DNA of 64,000 bases from Isurus oxyrinchus (taxonomy: Eukaryota). The translations under genes and the position numbers were made by a program. The notes beneath the pieces were generated by a model that saw only the letters and a program-made list of their open reading frames with translations, made no database searches and was not told the DNA's origin. The stretch lies in contig JANJGN010000036.1 of the NCBI GenBank assembly GCA_026770705.1, forward strand, positions 2,604,001 to 2,668,000, given 5' to 3'. This document shows positions 26,101-39,257 of this stretch, one piece after another. Numbering within the stretch: the stretch's first letter is position 1; every line of letters starts with the position of its first letter.

Positions 26101-28939
26101 GTACTAATGAAATACATTGCATTTCTCTGCACTATAGTCCCGCAGTGTATCATTACACAGAAGCAACTAATTCACAAAACGATAGGTGAAAGGAAGAGCA
26201 GCAAGATGGATACAAGATTGGCTCAGATAAAAGCAGAGAATAGTAAAGAGTTCTTTCTGATATCAATGGAAATAAACAGTGGGCTTCCCCCGGGGACAGT
26301 ATTTTATGCATAATAATGACTTGGAATTTGTCACATAGGCATAATTGTAATGTTTTCAAAAGATACACTTGCGAGTGCAGTACATGATGAGACAGTAAGC
26401 AATGGATTTCAAGAGGGCAGAGGCTGAAACATAGCAGATCACTTTTAAAACAGAAGAATTCAGTGATACATTTTATTATGAAGCGTTGGAATGGCAATGG
26501 AAATAAATGCTGCAACTTTAAAAGAAGATACAGGAATACACACAAACAACAATCTGACAGGGGAAATTCCTTCTCATTTCTAATAGACACCGTGTGTGGC
26601 AGCTTTGAATGTGGCCGGATGAATTAAGACGATTTTTTCAAAAACAAAAAAGATCCCTTGTCTTTAAATAGCAGAGGAATTCAATACAAAAATAAGCACG
26701 GAATCTACGTGAAACCTTTGTAAAACACTGGCTAGACCACAAATGCAGCATTGTGTACAAATATGTCCCCACACTCTGGGGACTAGTCAAGGCCTTGGAG
26801 ATGGGTTAGATGTGATTTGCCTGCTTGACTCCATGAATGAGGAACGTCAGTATTGTGGAAAGACTTGAAAAATTGTATTTTTCTCCTGAAAGCACAGAAG
26901 ATTAAGAGGAGATTTGATAGAGCTTTCACCTGCTGCAGACTCTGTGACTGTGAACAGTCACCTACTTTAGAGGGAATGACTGTGAACAGTCACCTAATTT
27001 AGAGGAAGTGATTGTAAACAGAGGTGCCTATGATAAAGTGGCTAACTGTGAATTGAGAGACCTGCGATAGAGGGACTGACTGTGAACATAGACACCTACT
27101 GTGGGGGGAGTGAGGATGAACAAGGAGACAAATGATATGGAAATAAAACAGGAAAGTGGAGTCGAAGAAGTAAGGACAGATCTACTGAGCACAGAGATCT
27201 CCAATGGGGCCCAGAGAATCACATGTGTTAAAGGGGTCACTCCCTCAACCCACCGTCAATTGTGTGCGTTAACTTCAGAGAAAATGTTTCTTCACATAAC
27301 GAAGAGCATAATTAGAGGTCATCAATATAACACAGCAACTAATAAATGCAATAGAAAATTCAGAAGAATCTTCTTTACCCAGACAGTGGTGAGAATGTGG
27401 ATGTCACTACCAGAGGGAGTGGCTGGGGTGAATGGAAGAAGAGTTTTCTAGGAAATTAGACACCCATTTGAGTGAAAAGGGTGGTTGTTAAATTTAGATT
27501 GAAACAAGAAAAAAAATGGAGGAGGCTTGAGTGGAGAATGAGCACTGGCTTGGACTGGTCAGGCAGAATGGTCTGTTTGTCTATTATACACCCTTTCTAA
27601 TCCTGTGTAATAATTAATCATCTAATGGAGAGAAGTGAAAAGCAGATTTTTTTAAAGTTTAGGGGCCAGTCAATGTTGGCAATCAGAGGCTTTTTTGAGT
27701 GCCCATGTGCACAAATCACAGGCAGTTAACATTCAATTCAGCAAGATTTTGGCAAATATTATGTCAGTCGTTATTTGCAAGGGCGTTGGAATGTAAAAGT
27801 AAGGAAGTATTACTGCAATTGTACAGGGCTGTGTTCAGATCATACCTGGGCACTTTCAAGGTGGAAGATGTGTCATGTGGAGTACGAAAAGGAACTTTGA
27901 GAGGGCTTCAACTATTTATAATCTCTATTAATAACTTAGATGAAGAGACCGAGAATAATATATCTAAGTTTGATGACAATGTAAAGCTCTGTTGGAATGC
28001 AAACTGTGAGGAGGACACAAAGAGGCTGCAAAGAGAGGTCATCAGTTTAAGTAAGTAGTCAACAAGGTGGCTGAAGGGGCATAATATGGGGAAGTGTGAC
28101 ATTATTCACAGTGGTTGCAAATATAGACAAAAAGGCACATTTCTTTGCTTCTCCTCATCCAAGGGACTGAGATTGATCTATTTTTGGACTCTATGTGAAT
28201 CAAGGGATCTGGGGATAGTGCGGGAAAGTGGAGCTGAGATAAGAGATCAGAAGAGAACTTACTGAATGGTAGACTAGGCTGTAAAGGCTGAAAGGCCTCC
28301 TCCTGTTCCTGTTCCTTCTGTGGAGGCAGAGCCTAACACGTCAAATGGTTTTGGAAAATCTGGATGTCAGCCAGGGGTGGAGTTAAGACAAGGCAATACA
28401 TTTTACTCATGTTTGGATCACGCTGCTGGTTTAATTTATGTTTGAGTTGTGCTGGGGTTGCAGTGAGCTGTTTGGCTGGTGTGTGCTACAAGTTATCAGA
28501 GTTATGTTAATGGAGGGCCAATCACTCGTGCTGTATCTTGCAACCCTCTTTTCTAGAGATCAGACCCCAGCAGCAAATGGGGTCCCTCTTCCTTGGACAG
28601 TATTTCCACACTCAGTAATTGGCTTTTGACAGGATGTCGTAAGGTGATCAGTTGTTTTGAGGGTGGATGTGGCATTATCTACGCAGCCTGCAGGTGATGA
28701 CAGCCCAAGCCATTCAGCCCATTGATCTGTGTTATCCCTCTGAAATAGCTCCCTGCTCACCCTTAGTCTACACTCCCCTCAGCTCTTAAACTGTTATTTT
28801 TGAAATACTGTTCAATTTCCTTTTAAGATGTATTCGCAATTCTGTTCCAAGAGAGCAAGTCCCTGACTAGTAACCCATTGTCTAAAAGATATTATCCTCT
28901 CCTCTTCCTCAATTATTTTTGGCAATGATTTTAACTCAA

Positions 28940-30000
28940 TAGTGGCCAATGTAACCATCTCTGAAGAGAGCTCGGGTGGAGGGGGGCGGTGATAATAAAA
29001 AGCTCTGACTGAAAGTAAGCAGTAATGAGGAGATAAAGAATCCGCAAAGGGAGAAAGTTGATTGGGTGAGAAAGTGGCAGAATGAGTGTAATGTTATGAA
29101 ATGTGACGTTTTGCTTGGGGGTGCAAAGAATAGATACGCAGGGTCTTTGTAAAAGTTGAGGGACTTGGAAATACTGGTACTCTGAGGGATTGGGTGCCCT
29201 TGTAAACTTAACGCAGGAACGAACAATCAGGGACAGCAAGCACATTAGGGAGGTAAATCGTTTGTTCAGGCTCATTGCGAGGAGGGTTGGAGTAGTTTAA
29301 GATTAAGGGGAATCTTAGTGTAATTGTAGAATGTGTTACTGAGACAGTACCTGGACCTTATCTGGAATAAGGTGTGCAGTTTTGCTCTACTTACCTAAGG
29401 AAGGATGCACTTGCCTGAGAGGGAGTGCAATGCGTGTTCACTGGGTTGATTCCTTGGATGAGAGGATTGTCATATGATAAGAGATTGAATAGAATGGTTC
29501 TATATCCTCAGGAGTTTAGAAGAAATATTGATGATCTCATTGAAAAGTGTAAAATTATCGGAGAGTTTGACTGGGCAGATGTTGAGAGGCTTTTCCAGCC
29601 CCGTTATCCCCAGCCCCCCAACACCGCCTCCCTGCCTTGGCTGGTGTGTTCAGGACTCAGGATCACAGTCTCAGAATTATGAGTCAGCTACTTTGGGCTG
29701 GGTTATGGAGAAAATTCTTCACTCAGTGTTGTGAAGCTTTGGAATTCTCCATCCCAGGGAGCTGTGGGTGCTCAGTCACTGAGTGTATCCAATGCAGAGA
29801 TACGAGAATATAGAGTTGAGTGACTGCGTATATTCAAGGCTGACATCAATAGATTAATGCACACTAAGGGAATTAAGGGATGTGGAGATAAGGCAGGGAG
29901 GTGGCGTTGAATTAGACGATCGCCCATAATCTTATTGAATGGTGGAGAAGGCGCAAAGGGCCAAAAATCCTCCTCCTGCTGTAATTCCTGATGTTCTTTT
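28940..30000 (+). mobile_element. Decayed CR1 LINE 3' portion
   Basis: FTGLIPWMRGLSYDKRLNR...IDDLIEKCKII motif and a CR1-like 3' end. Confidence 0.75.
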
Positions 30001-30739
30001 GTGTGAAGGTCGGTGTGGGGTGTACAATAAGTCTTGTTGATTTAAAGACTGCTTTAGACCTTCACACATTTATCAGTCCAGTTGAAACCACGACAGTGAT
30101 GATTCACATTTTCCAGCAACCAGGCCCCAGTCTGTAGCTGAAAGCAGCACTGAAAGCAGCTCAGCCCCTCTCTATCCACTCACACACAACGTGGCTGGTG
30201 CTTCAAAGGTCTTAATTTAGCTCCTAATACCGAATGGTTGCTTTTTTTGGCCTGTTTGTGAAGTAGTGCAGGTGTTGTGGTCATTCACCTCAGGCAAAGG
30301 GGGAGAGCGTCACAGGAGGAGGAACTGAAACCTTTCTGTTCACTGGCCGATTAGCAGCCAAGGGTGACAGCATCTGTCCCCAGCTTCCACTCTGAAATTT
30401 CACAGAAGCGGCTGTGGTTTCACACAGGAAAAGGACAGAAATCTCAGAGGCACATTTGAACCCGACATTCTTGGACACCTTGCACTTTACAGAAACTGAC
30501 AACCCAATGTGGGCCGGGCCACACAAAAACAACCAGCAAAACTCCTATTATTTATCCCTGGACTGTCTCACTCTTCACTTCTCGACTCTGTTTCCAAACA
30601 AACCTGCCTCATAACCTAACTCGCACCAAGTATCATTCACTCATCAAACCACCCCAGCCTGTGGTCCCTGCTTTGCTTAGGCTCGCAGTTATGCCATGCC
30701 TTGATTTTAAACTGTTCATCTTTGCTTTGAAATCCCACT

Positions 30740-31670
30740 AGTCTCTCTCCCCTCCCTATCTCTGTAAAAGTTTTCCAGCCCCTACAGACCACCCTGTTCC
30801 TGTAACCTCCTCATGCCTCCATACATCTTCTAATCTCTGTGACCTGATCAAGCACTGCACACCTCTCAATCTCTGTAACTTCCTCCAGACCCTACATCAT
30901 TCCCTCTCTGTGACATATTCAAACCAGTACAAACCTCCCTATCTCTGTAACTTTATCCAGCACCCACCCNNNNNNNNNNNNNNNNNNNNNNNNNNNNNNN
31001 NNNNNNNNNNNNNNNNNNNNNNNNNNNNNNNNNNNNNNNNNNNNNNNNNNNNNNNNNNNNNNNNNNNNNNNNNNNNNNNNNNNNNNNNNNNNNNNNNNNN
31101 NNNNCGTTCTCCCAAACCTATATCACTCCCTATCTCTTTAGGCTTCCTCCATCTCCTAAAATACTCCCTCTCCCTGTAACCATCTCAGACCAGTACACCC
31201 CTCAGAATCTCTGGAATCCTCTAAGACACCAACTGTTTCTGTAAACACCTTCAGACCTTACAGCCCTCCATATAACTGTATATTCCAATAGCCCCTACAC
31301 CACTCCTTTTCTCTGTAATGACCTCCAGTGCCAAAAACCTTCCCTATCTCTATAACCTGATGCAGCAGCTACAATGCTCCCTATCTCTGTGACTTGATTA
31401 AGTCACTGCAGCCCTCTTTATCTCTGTAACGTTCTTCAGACCCTACATCACTCCCTTACTCTGTGAATTCCTCCATCCCCTCAATCCTGCCTCCTAATTC
31501 TTTAACTTTCTCCAGCCCACACCCCCCAAATAGCGCGGTCTCAGTATCCCTGCTCCAGCCGCTACACACCTCAATACCTGTCTAACCTACTAGAACTGCT
31601 CTAATACTCCTTATTCCTGTACCCGCTGCAACCATCACAACTTTCCCTATGCATGCAACCTTCTCCAACC
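30740..31670. repeat. Degenerate ~37-bp minisatellite (CTCCCTATCTCTGTAACCTCCTCCAGCCCCTACA..), resuming at 33605-33785 after a LINE insertion
   Basis: Recurrent ccctatctctgtaacc and ccagcccctaca on both sides of the CR1. Confidence 0.8.
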
Positions 31671-31674
31671 ACTG

Positions 31675-33600
31675 AAACAATACAAATTGGCCAGAAAAAA
31701 ACAACAGACCTGAGGATTGGGAGCAGTTTAGAATTCAGCAATGGAGGACCAAATCATTGATTAAGAAGGGGAAAATACATTACAAGAGTAAGCTTGCAGG
31801 GAACATAAAATCTGCCTGTAAAAGTTTCTATAGTAGTGTAGAGAAAAAGATTGGTGAAGACAAATGTAGGTCCCTTACAGTCAAAAACAGGGGAAATCAT
31901 AATGGGGAATAAAGAAATAGCTGACCAACTAAATACATACTTTGGTTCTGTCTTCACAAAGGAGGACACTAATAACATATCAGAAATGTTGGGGAACACA
32001 GGGTTTAGTGAGAGGGAGGAACTGAAAGAAATCAGTATTAGTCGGGAAATGGTGTTGAGGAATTTGATGGGATTGAAGGCCGATAAATCCCCGGCACCTG
32101 ATAATCTACATCCCAGAGTAATTAAGGAAGTGGCCCAAGAAATAGTGGCTACATTGATGGATGGTCATCATCCCAGATTCTATAGACTCTGGAACAGTTC
32201 CTACAGGTTGGAGGGTAGCTAATGTAACTCCACTATTTAAAAAGGGAGACAGAGAGAAAACAGGGAATTATCGACGAGTCCGCCTGAAGTTGGTAGTGGG
32301 GAAAATTCTAGAGTGCATTATAAAAGATTTAATAGCAGAGCACGTGGAAAGCAGTGGCAGAATCGGACAGAGTCAGCATGGATTTATGAAAGGGAAATCA
32401 TGCTTGACAAATCTACTGGAATTTTTAGAGGATGTAACTAGTAGAGTTGATGAGGGGGAGCCAGTGAATGTGGTTTATTTGCACTTTCATAAGACTTTCA
32501 TCAAAGTCCCACATAAGAGATTAGCACGTAAAATTTAAGCACATGGAATTCAGGGTAGTGTATTGAGATGGACAGAAAACTGTTTGAAAGACAGGAAACA
32601 AAGAGTGGGAATAAACGGTTCATTTTCCGAATGGCAGGCAGTGACTAGTGGGGTACCACAGGGATCGGTGCTGGGACCCCAGTTATTCACAATATATATT
32701 AATGATTTAAATGAGGGAATTCAATGCAATATTTCCAAATTTGCAGATGACACAAAGCTGGATGGGAAGGTGAGCTGTGAGGAGGATGCAGAGATGCTTC
32801 AGTGTGATTTGGACAGCTGAGTGATTGGGCAAATCCATGGCAGATGCAGTATAATGTGGATAAATGTGAGATTATCCATTTTGGTAGCAAAAACATGAAG
32901 GCAGATAATTATCTGAATGCCGAGAAATTAGGAGAGGAGAATGTGCATCGAGACCTGGGTGTCCTTGTACTCCAGTCACTGAAGGTAAGCATGCAGGTGC
33001 AGCAGGCTCTAAAGAAGGCAAATGGTATGTTGGTCTTCATAGCCAGATGATTCGAGTACAGGAACAGGGATGTCTTGCTGCAGTTGCACAGGACCTTGGT
33101 GAGACCACATCTGTAATACTGTGTGCAGTTTTGGCTCCTTATCTGAGGAATGATGTTCCTGCTATAGAGGGAGTGCAGCAAATGTTTACCCAACTGATTC
33201 CTAGAATGGCGGGACTGAAATACAAGGAGAGATTGATTTGATTAGGATTATATTTGCTGGAGTTCGGGACAAGACAGCGGCGATGATGGTGGAGTCGAGA
33301 ATCAGGAGTCACAGTCTGAGGATATGGGGTAGACCATTTAGGGCTGAGATGAGGAGAAACCCCTTCACCCAGAGACTGGTGAGCCTGTGGAGTTCGTTAC
33401 CACAGAAAATAGATGAGACCAAAACATTATATCTTTTCAAGAAAGATGTAGATATTGCTCTTGGGGTGAAAAGGATCAAAAGATATGGGGAGAAAGTGGG
33501 AGCAGGCTATTGAGTTGATCAGCCATGATCATAATGAATAGTGGGGCAGGCTTGAAGGGCCGAATGGCCTACTGCTGCACCTAGTTTCTATGTTTCTATG
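31675..33600 (+). mobile_element. 5'-truncated CR1 LINE, ORF2 reverse transcriptase with frameshifts
   Basis: SQHGFMKGKSCLTNLLEF and SGVPQGSVLGPQLFTIYIND...KFADDTKL. Tail (tttctatg)2. Confidence 0.95.
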
Positions 33601-34269
33601 ATTATCTGAACCCCTCCCTATCTCCATAATCACCTCCAGCCCCACCGTGACCTTCTCTGTGACCTTCTCCAGCAACTGTAAACCTCCATATCTCTGTCAG
33701 TTTTTTGCATCCTTACAACAATCTCTGCAACATTCACCAACCACCACAACACTCACCTATCTCTGTAATCTCCTCCAGCCCCTGAAATTCTTATCCGTTT
33801 GCGTGGCCGAGTGGCCCACTCCTGCTCCTATTTTGTATATTTGCGTGTTTATATACGCTGCAGGAATTCACCAAGGCTCCTTCATCAGCACCTTCCAAAC
33901 CCATGACCACTGCCACCTAGAAGGGCAAGGGCAGCTGATGCATGGGAACATCCTTGCAGAGAGAGAGAGAGAGTGAAATAGACAAAGGGAGGCCAATAGC
34001 CAGGGAGCACCGATTATTAAAAGGGGCATAGAGCACAAGAGCAAGGAGGTTATGTTGATTATTTATTAGGCACGAGTTAGGCCTCAGCTCGAGTATTGTG
34101 CCCTGTTCTGGATGCCACAATTTAGGAAGGGTCTGAAGCCACAGGGCAGAGTGCAGTAAAGTTTTACGAGAATGGTTCCATGGGTGAGGAACTTCAGTTA
34201 TGGTGATGGATTGGGGAATTTGGGACTGTTTTCATTGGAGAAAAAAAAATGAATGAGGGCAGAATCTAT

Positions 34270-34520
34270 AGAGGTACACAAGATCCTGTTGGGGTGTTTG
34301 TGACACACTGGTTAATGCCCCTACCTCTGAGCCAGTCGCTCCAAGTTTGAGTGCCACTCAGGACTTGATGGCCATGGAAGGTGCGTCCATAACGTGGCCG
34401 AACTGGTTTATTATCAGCCTGGAAATCCTTCCAATGTGTCAGATGGCAGACGGTAGAAGTGGGAGAGACTCCAGGTCAGCCAGAACCTGCTGAAGGCAAT
34501 GGCAAAGCACTGCAACACCT
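34270..34520 (+). mobile_element. tRNA-derived SINE (degenerate)
   Basis: A-box-like tgacacactggt and B-box-like gtttgagtgcc at tRNA spacing, followed by a SINE body. Confidence 0.55.
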
Positions 34521-34969
34521 TGTCAAGCATAACCATGGAGTAAGGCATGGAAGGCAAAGGCCATCTTAGGACAGGGTACCTGAAGAAAGAGAGATTTAAG
34601 ATCATGAGGATTCTGGACACTCGGAGACGGTGAGAAACTATTTGTGCGTTTTGAGTATAACAACATTGTTAGCATCTTATCAGTCAATACAGGCTGCAAA
34701 ATATATTCTATGAATCCAGGCTTGTAATATCCAGACAAGCAGATACACACAAACTCAGGTATACAAATACAGACGGACAGACACAGACACACATGAGAGA
34801 ATAATTCCCATATGTCACATATCTGTTTTCCTTCCTTAGGTCTGGGGATGAAAACTCTCCTCAGTAATCCAGGTGTTCTCTCAGCAAAACACTTGCAGCA
34901 AGATGTGCTTACTCTTAAACTCCAACCCCTTTGCAATGAAGGCCAAAAGTTCATTTACCTTTCTCTTGG

Positions 34970-35180
34970 TTACCCCTCGATTAGATTCTAGTCTGTAACT
35001 CACTCCCAGGTACCTGTTATTCTACATATTAACCATCCCGAACCCCTTGATTAGATTCTAGTCTGTAACTCACTCCCGGGCATATGTTAACTGATATATA
35101 AACCACCACAAACCTTTCTATTAGATTCCAGTCTGTAACTCACTCCTGGGTATCTGTTATTCTATATATAAACCACCTCG
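34970..35180. repeat. 70-bp tandem repeat x3 (..GATTAGATTCTAGTCTGTAACTCACTCCC..)
   Basis: Units at 34973, 35043 and 35113. Confidence 0.9.
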
Positions 35181-35210
35181 AGGAGATTCCAGCACTTCCA
35201 CATCACAAGT

Positions 35211-35548
35211 TGAGAAAGGGATCTCCCTCCATTTTAAAGATGAAGAAGAGATCTCACTCTAATTTTAAGGTTGAGAAAGGATCTCCTTGCATTTTAAAGA
35301 TGGGGATGGGATCTCCCACAATTTTCAAAATGGAGGTGGGACCTCTCTTCAATTGAAAGAGGGAGAAGGGATCTCCCTCCATTTTAAAGATGGGAAAGGA
35401 ATCTCGCTTCATTTTAAAGATGGAGAAGGGACCTCCCTCCATTTTAAACATGGAGATGGGATTTCCCTCCATTTTAAAGATGTAAGACGGATCTCGCTCC
35501 ATTTTAATGATGGAGAAGGGATCTCCCTGCAATTTCAAGATGGGGAAT
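35211..35548. repeat. 30-bp palindromic minisatellite, array 3 (~11 units)
   Basis: Same unit and the same 5' lead-in (ttccagcactt..catcaca) as array 1. Confidence 0.95.
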
Positions 35549-36169
35549 GGATATGTCACAGGATATGTTACTTTATACCCAGTAATGATTACAAATCTTT
35601 GAACATTTCCACTTTTCCCCTGCTCTGCCTCTTTCCTTCATCCTGTCTCATTCCTTCTCTTGCTTTCCCACCCCATCTTCCAGTCACTCTCACCACATTT
35701 CTCTGTTTCCCTGTCTAACCTCATCTCTTTATCCCACACTCACTCCCCTCTTTTCAGCTCTTACTCTCTCACCCCATCCCTGTTTTTTGGCGCGATCCCC
35801 AATATCTATCTCACTTTCTCGTCCCATCTGTCTTTCTCTCTCACCCTGTCTTTCTGCTACTCTGTCCCTCTATCTCTTGTTCCATCTATCATTCTCTCTG
35901 TCACTCTCTTCCTCCGTTGCTCTACTCCTCTCTCTGTCACCCCCATCTCTCTCCCTCTCCCNNNNNNNNNNNNNNNNNNNNNNNNNNNNNNNNNNNNNNN
36001 NNNNNNNNNNNNNNNNNNNNNNNNNNNNNNNNNNNNNNNNNNNNNNNNNNNNNNNNNNNNNNNNNNNNNNNNNNNNNNNNNNNNNNNNNNNNNNNNNNNN
36101 NGCCAAAATTGGATGTGAAGCTGAATGGAAAATATTTTCAGGGTCACGGCGAAAAGGCAGATGAGTGAG

Positions 36170-36740
36170 ACCAGTGAAACGTGGATACAAAATTGGCTGA
36201 GGGATAGCTTGGGTATTTATCAGGCTGGAAGTAGGATTGCAGTGGAGTTCCCCAGGGGTTGATATTGGGAGCTTTGATTTTCCTGATTTAGATCTTGGTG
36301 TGCAGGGGACCAATTCAGAGTTTGTGGATGGCACAAAACTTGGGAGAATTGTAGACACTGAGGGGGACAGTGTAGAGCTTCAAAATAATATTGACAAGTT
36401 GGTGGAGTGAGCAGATAGTTGGCCAATGATGTTCAATGTGGAGAAGTGTGAGGTGATGCATTATGGTAGGAGGAACATGGACAGACAAAATAAAATGAGG
36501 GGTGACATTTTGAAGGTGGTGCAGGAGCAGAAAGACCTGGGTGTATATGTGCAAAGATCATTGAAGGCTGCAGGACAGGTTGAGAGAGTGGTTTATAAAG
36601 CATATCGTATTCGGGGCTTTATTAATAGGGGCATTGTGTACGAGAGCAGGGAGGTTCTGCTGAATTTGTATAAGACACTAATTAGACCTCAGCTGGAGTA
36701 TTGAGTACGGTCCTCAGAGCCAGACTACAGGAAGGATGTG
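36170..36740 (+). mobile_element. CR1 LINE ORF2 fragment
   Basis: MMFNVEKCEVMHYGR...KDLGVYV...LYKTLIRPQLEY. Confidence 0.85.
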
Positions 36741-38693
36741 ATTCCTGGGGCAGTGTGATTACGTGGGATGGAATTGAATTTTACACCTCTTCTGTGTTTG
36801 ATATTGGAGTCATCTTCACTTGGGGTGTGTTGTGTTTTGTAGACATTTTCATATATTTTTAAAATAATTCCCTTTTTTCATAGGCTGCATCAGGTTCAGT
36901 GTGAACTGGAGCTTTGCATCCATTTTAAAAATTCTTTGAAAATATTTTTAAACTTTGGCCCCTAGTTCCAATCTCTCCCACAAGGAGAAACATCCTCTCC
37001 ACATCCACCCTGTCAAGTCCCCGCAGGGTCTCATTCTTTCACTAAGATCACCTCTCCAAATTCTAAACTCCAATCGACACAGGCCCAGCCTATCCAACCT
37101 TTCCTCATAAGAAAATAAGAATCATTTCCTCAAAAGATCAGAGATGATGAGAAATGCCTCACACAATTGGCCTTGTCCTTAGCTTCATTGTTTTCTGAGC
37201 AACAATCATTTTCTATTCTGACTGCACTAAACCAGGTCTCTGTTTCTATTACACGAGACCCTGCCTCAGTTATCACTGCCGAGACATTTTCTAAGTCGAT
37301 ATAACATGCGGCTATGTTTCTGCAAATGTTACATTTCACCCGGTCTCTGCTTGGACTGCACATTTCCCTGCATATCACACAGTAGGCCTTGTCTATACTT
37401 GGTATCTAACCCCATGCTGCCCCTTCCCTGGACTTGGTTGACAGGACAGAGCAGAGGGAATTTTTGTCTCTATTGAACCCCATACTCTATTTGGGTTGGT
37501 TGTGTTTGTTGAACAGTGTGGATGAAGCTTTACACTGGAATTTAGGTGAGGGGATGATTTGATGAAATATTTCAGGTTAAAAATGGAAATAGAGGTGGTT
37601 GATAAAGACTAACTATTTCTGCCGGTTTGGGGAGTCAAAGCCTTGGGTCCATGGTTTTTAGACGATGTTTAGAAGTTTAGAATTTCAGGAGAGAAACTAA
37701 GAAACACTTTAAAACATCAAGAGTAGTATTAGTTTGGAACTCTCTCACGTGAATAGAAATTGACGGTCAGCCACCAGTCCATGTTTAAAACTGAGGTTGA
37801 TAGATTTCTGAAACCTAAAGGGTACAGAGATATGAGACAAAGCGGTTCGATCACAGATCAGGCAGGATCTTATTGAATGCCAAAACAGGGTTGAAGGGTT
37901 AATTGGCCTCTCTCCCTTTCCATGTGCTATGAATAATATCCGTTATTCACTCTCTGGCTCTCAGTCACCCACTCAGTCTGACAGTCTCTATTTCTCATTC
38001 ACTGGATCTGTGTCTTCTCTCCCTCCCTCTCTTATCCTGAGAATCGAGTCTACAAACACCAGTCAGCCAGTTTAGGTTAGTTCACAGTGACCATTTTATG
38101 TTCCCACAGCACTGGAACTAGGCCAGAGTGACCCCTCACTCATCTAACTACTTTAAACGTGACAGAGTCACAAGTATGGAGACATAAATTCCACAAGTAT
38201 TCCTTGGAATATACTTGGGCGTTCAGTCCCACACTTTGCTGTTGTGAATTTGAATCCTGAATTATCTAAAATTGAATCTGGAATTAAAGCCCCCAGGATG
38301 GAATGATTCACATTCTGTCTGCTGCTGCAAAGTCTGTGTGTGTCTCAGTTTCTCGGTATATATTAATAGTTTAAGATAACTGGATAGAATGCCATAAATC
38401 AACTCAGTCATAAGTGTCCCAAGACTCTGACCAATATCATTCTTTCATTGTCTGCCTCTTCATCCCCTCTCACTCTGTGTCTCCCTCTTTAACATTCCCT
38501 CGTTCTGCATCTTCTATGCTTCTCTCTCTCTCTCTCTCTCTCTCAGATTCTGTAAGATAAATCCCCAAACACCAGTCAGCTATTTCAGGTCTGTTCACAT
38601 TGGCCATTTTATGTTCCCACAGCACTGGGATATTTATGACAGAGTTGATTTCTCACGAATGTGCAATTAGCACTATCAATGTGACAGAGACAC

Positions 38694-38867
38694 AGGGATC
38701 TCCCTCCATTTTGAAGATGGGGAAGGGATCTCCCTCCATTTAAAAGATGGGGAAGGGATCTCCCTCCATTTAAAAGATGGGGAAGGGATCTCCCTCCATT
38801 TTAAAGATGGAAAATGGATCTCCCACTGTTTTAAAGATGGAGAAGGTATCTGCCTCCATTTGAAATA
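38694..38867. repeat. 30-bp palindromic minisatellite, array 4 (~6 units)
   Basis: Same unit. Confidence 0.9.
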
Positions 38868-39218
38868 TTGAGGGTCATTTTCGCTCCATTTCATCAGTTT
38901 TCTCTCTCCCTGCCACTTTTGCCTTTCCCCGACTGTCTCTCTGATTCTCTCTCGCTCTCCATGTCTATTTCAGACACTCACTCCTCTCTCCCTGTCTCTC
39001 TCCCTCACCACATCCATTTTTCTTTCACTCAATTGCCTCTCTCTATCTCTTTCTTTTGCCTTCTCTCTCTTTCTCTCACATCCCATTTCCCTGTCACTAT
39101 GTCCCACTCTCTCCCTTGCCCCATTTCTCTGCCTCTCATCCTCTCTCTGTCACTGCCTCTCACTCTATCTCTCTGTCACTCTCTGACCCTCTGTCTATTC
39201 TGCCCCTTAGACACCAAT

Positions 39219-39257
<39 letters not shown>

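Noticed and set aside
30289-30391. Minus-strand exon-like stretch reading WKLGTDAVTLGC (Ig C-like)
   Set aside because: Stops occur in all three frames and there are no further Ig hallmarks.
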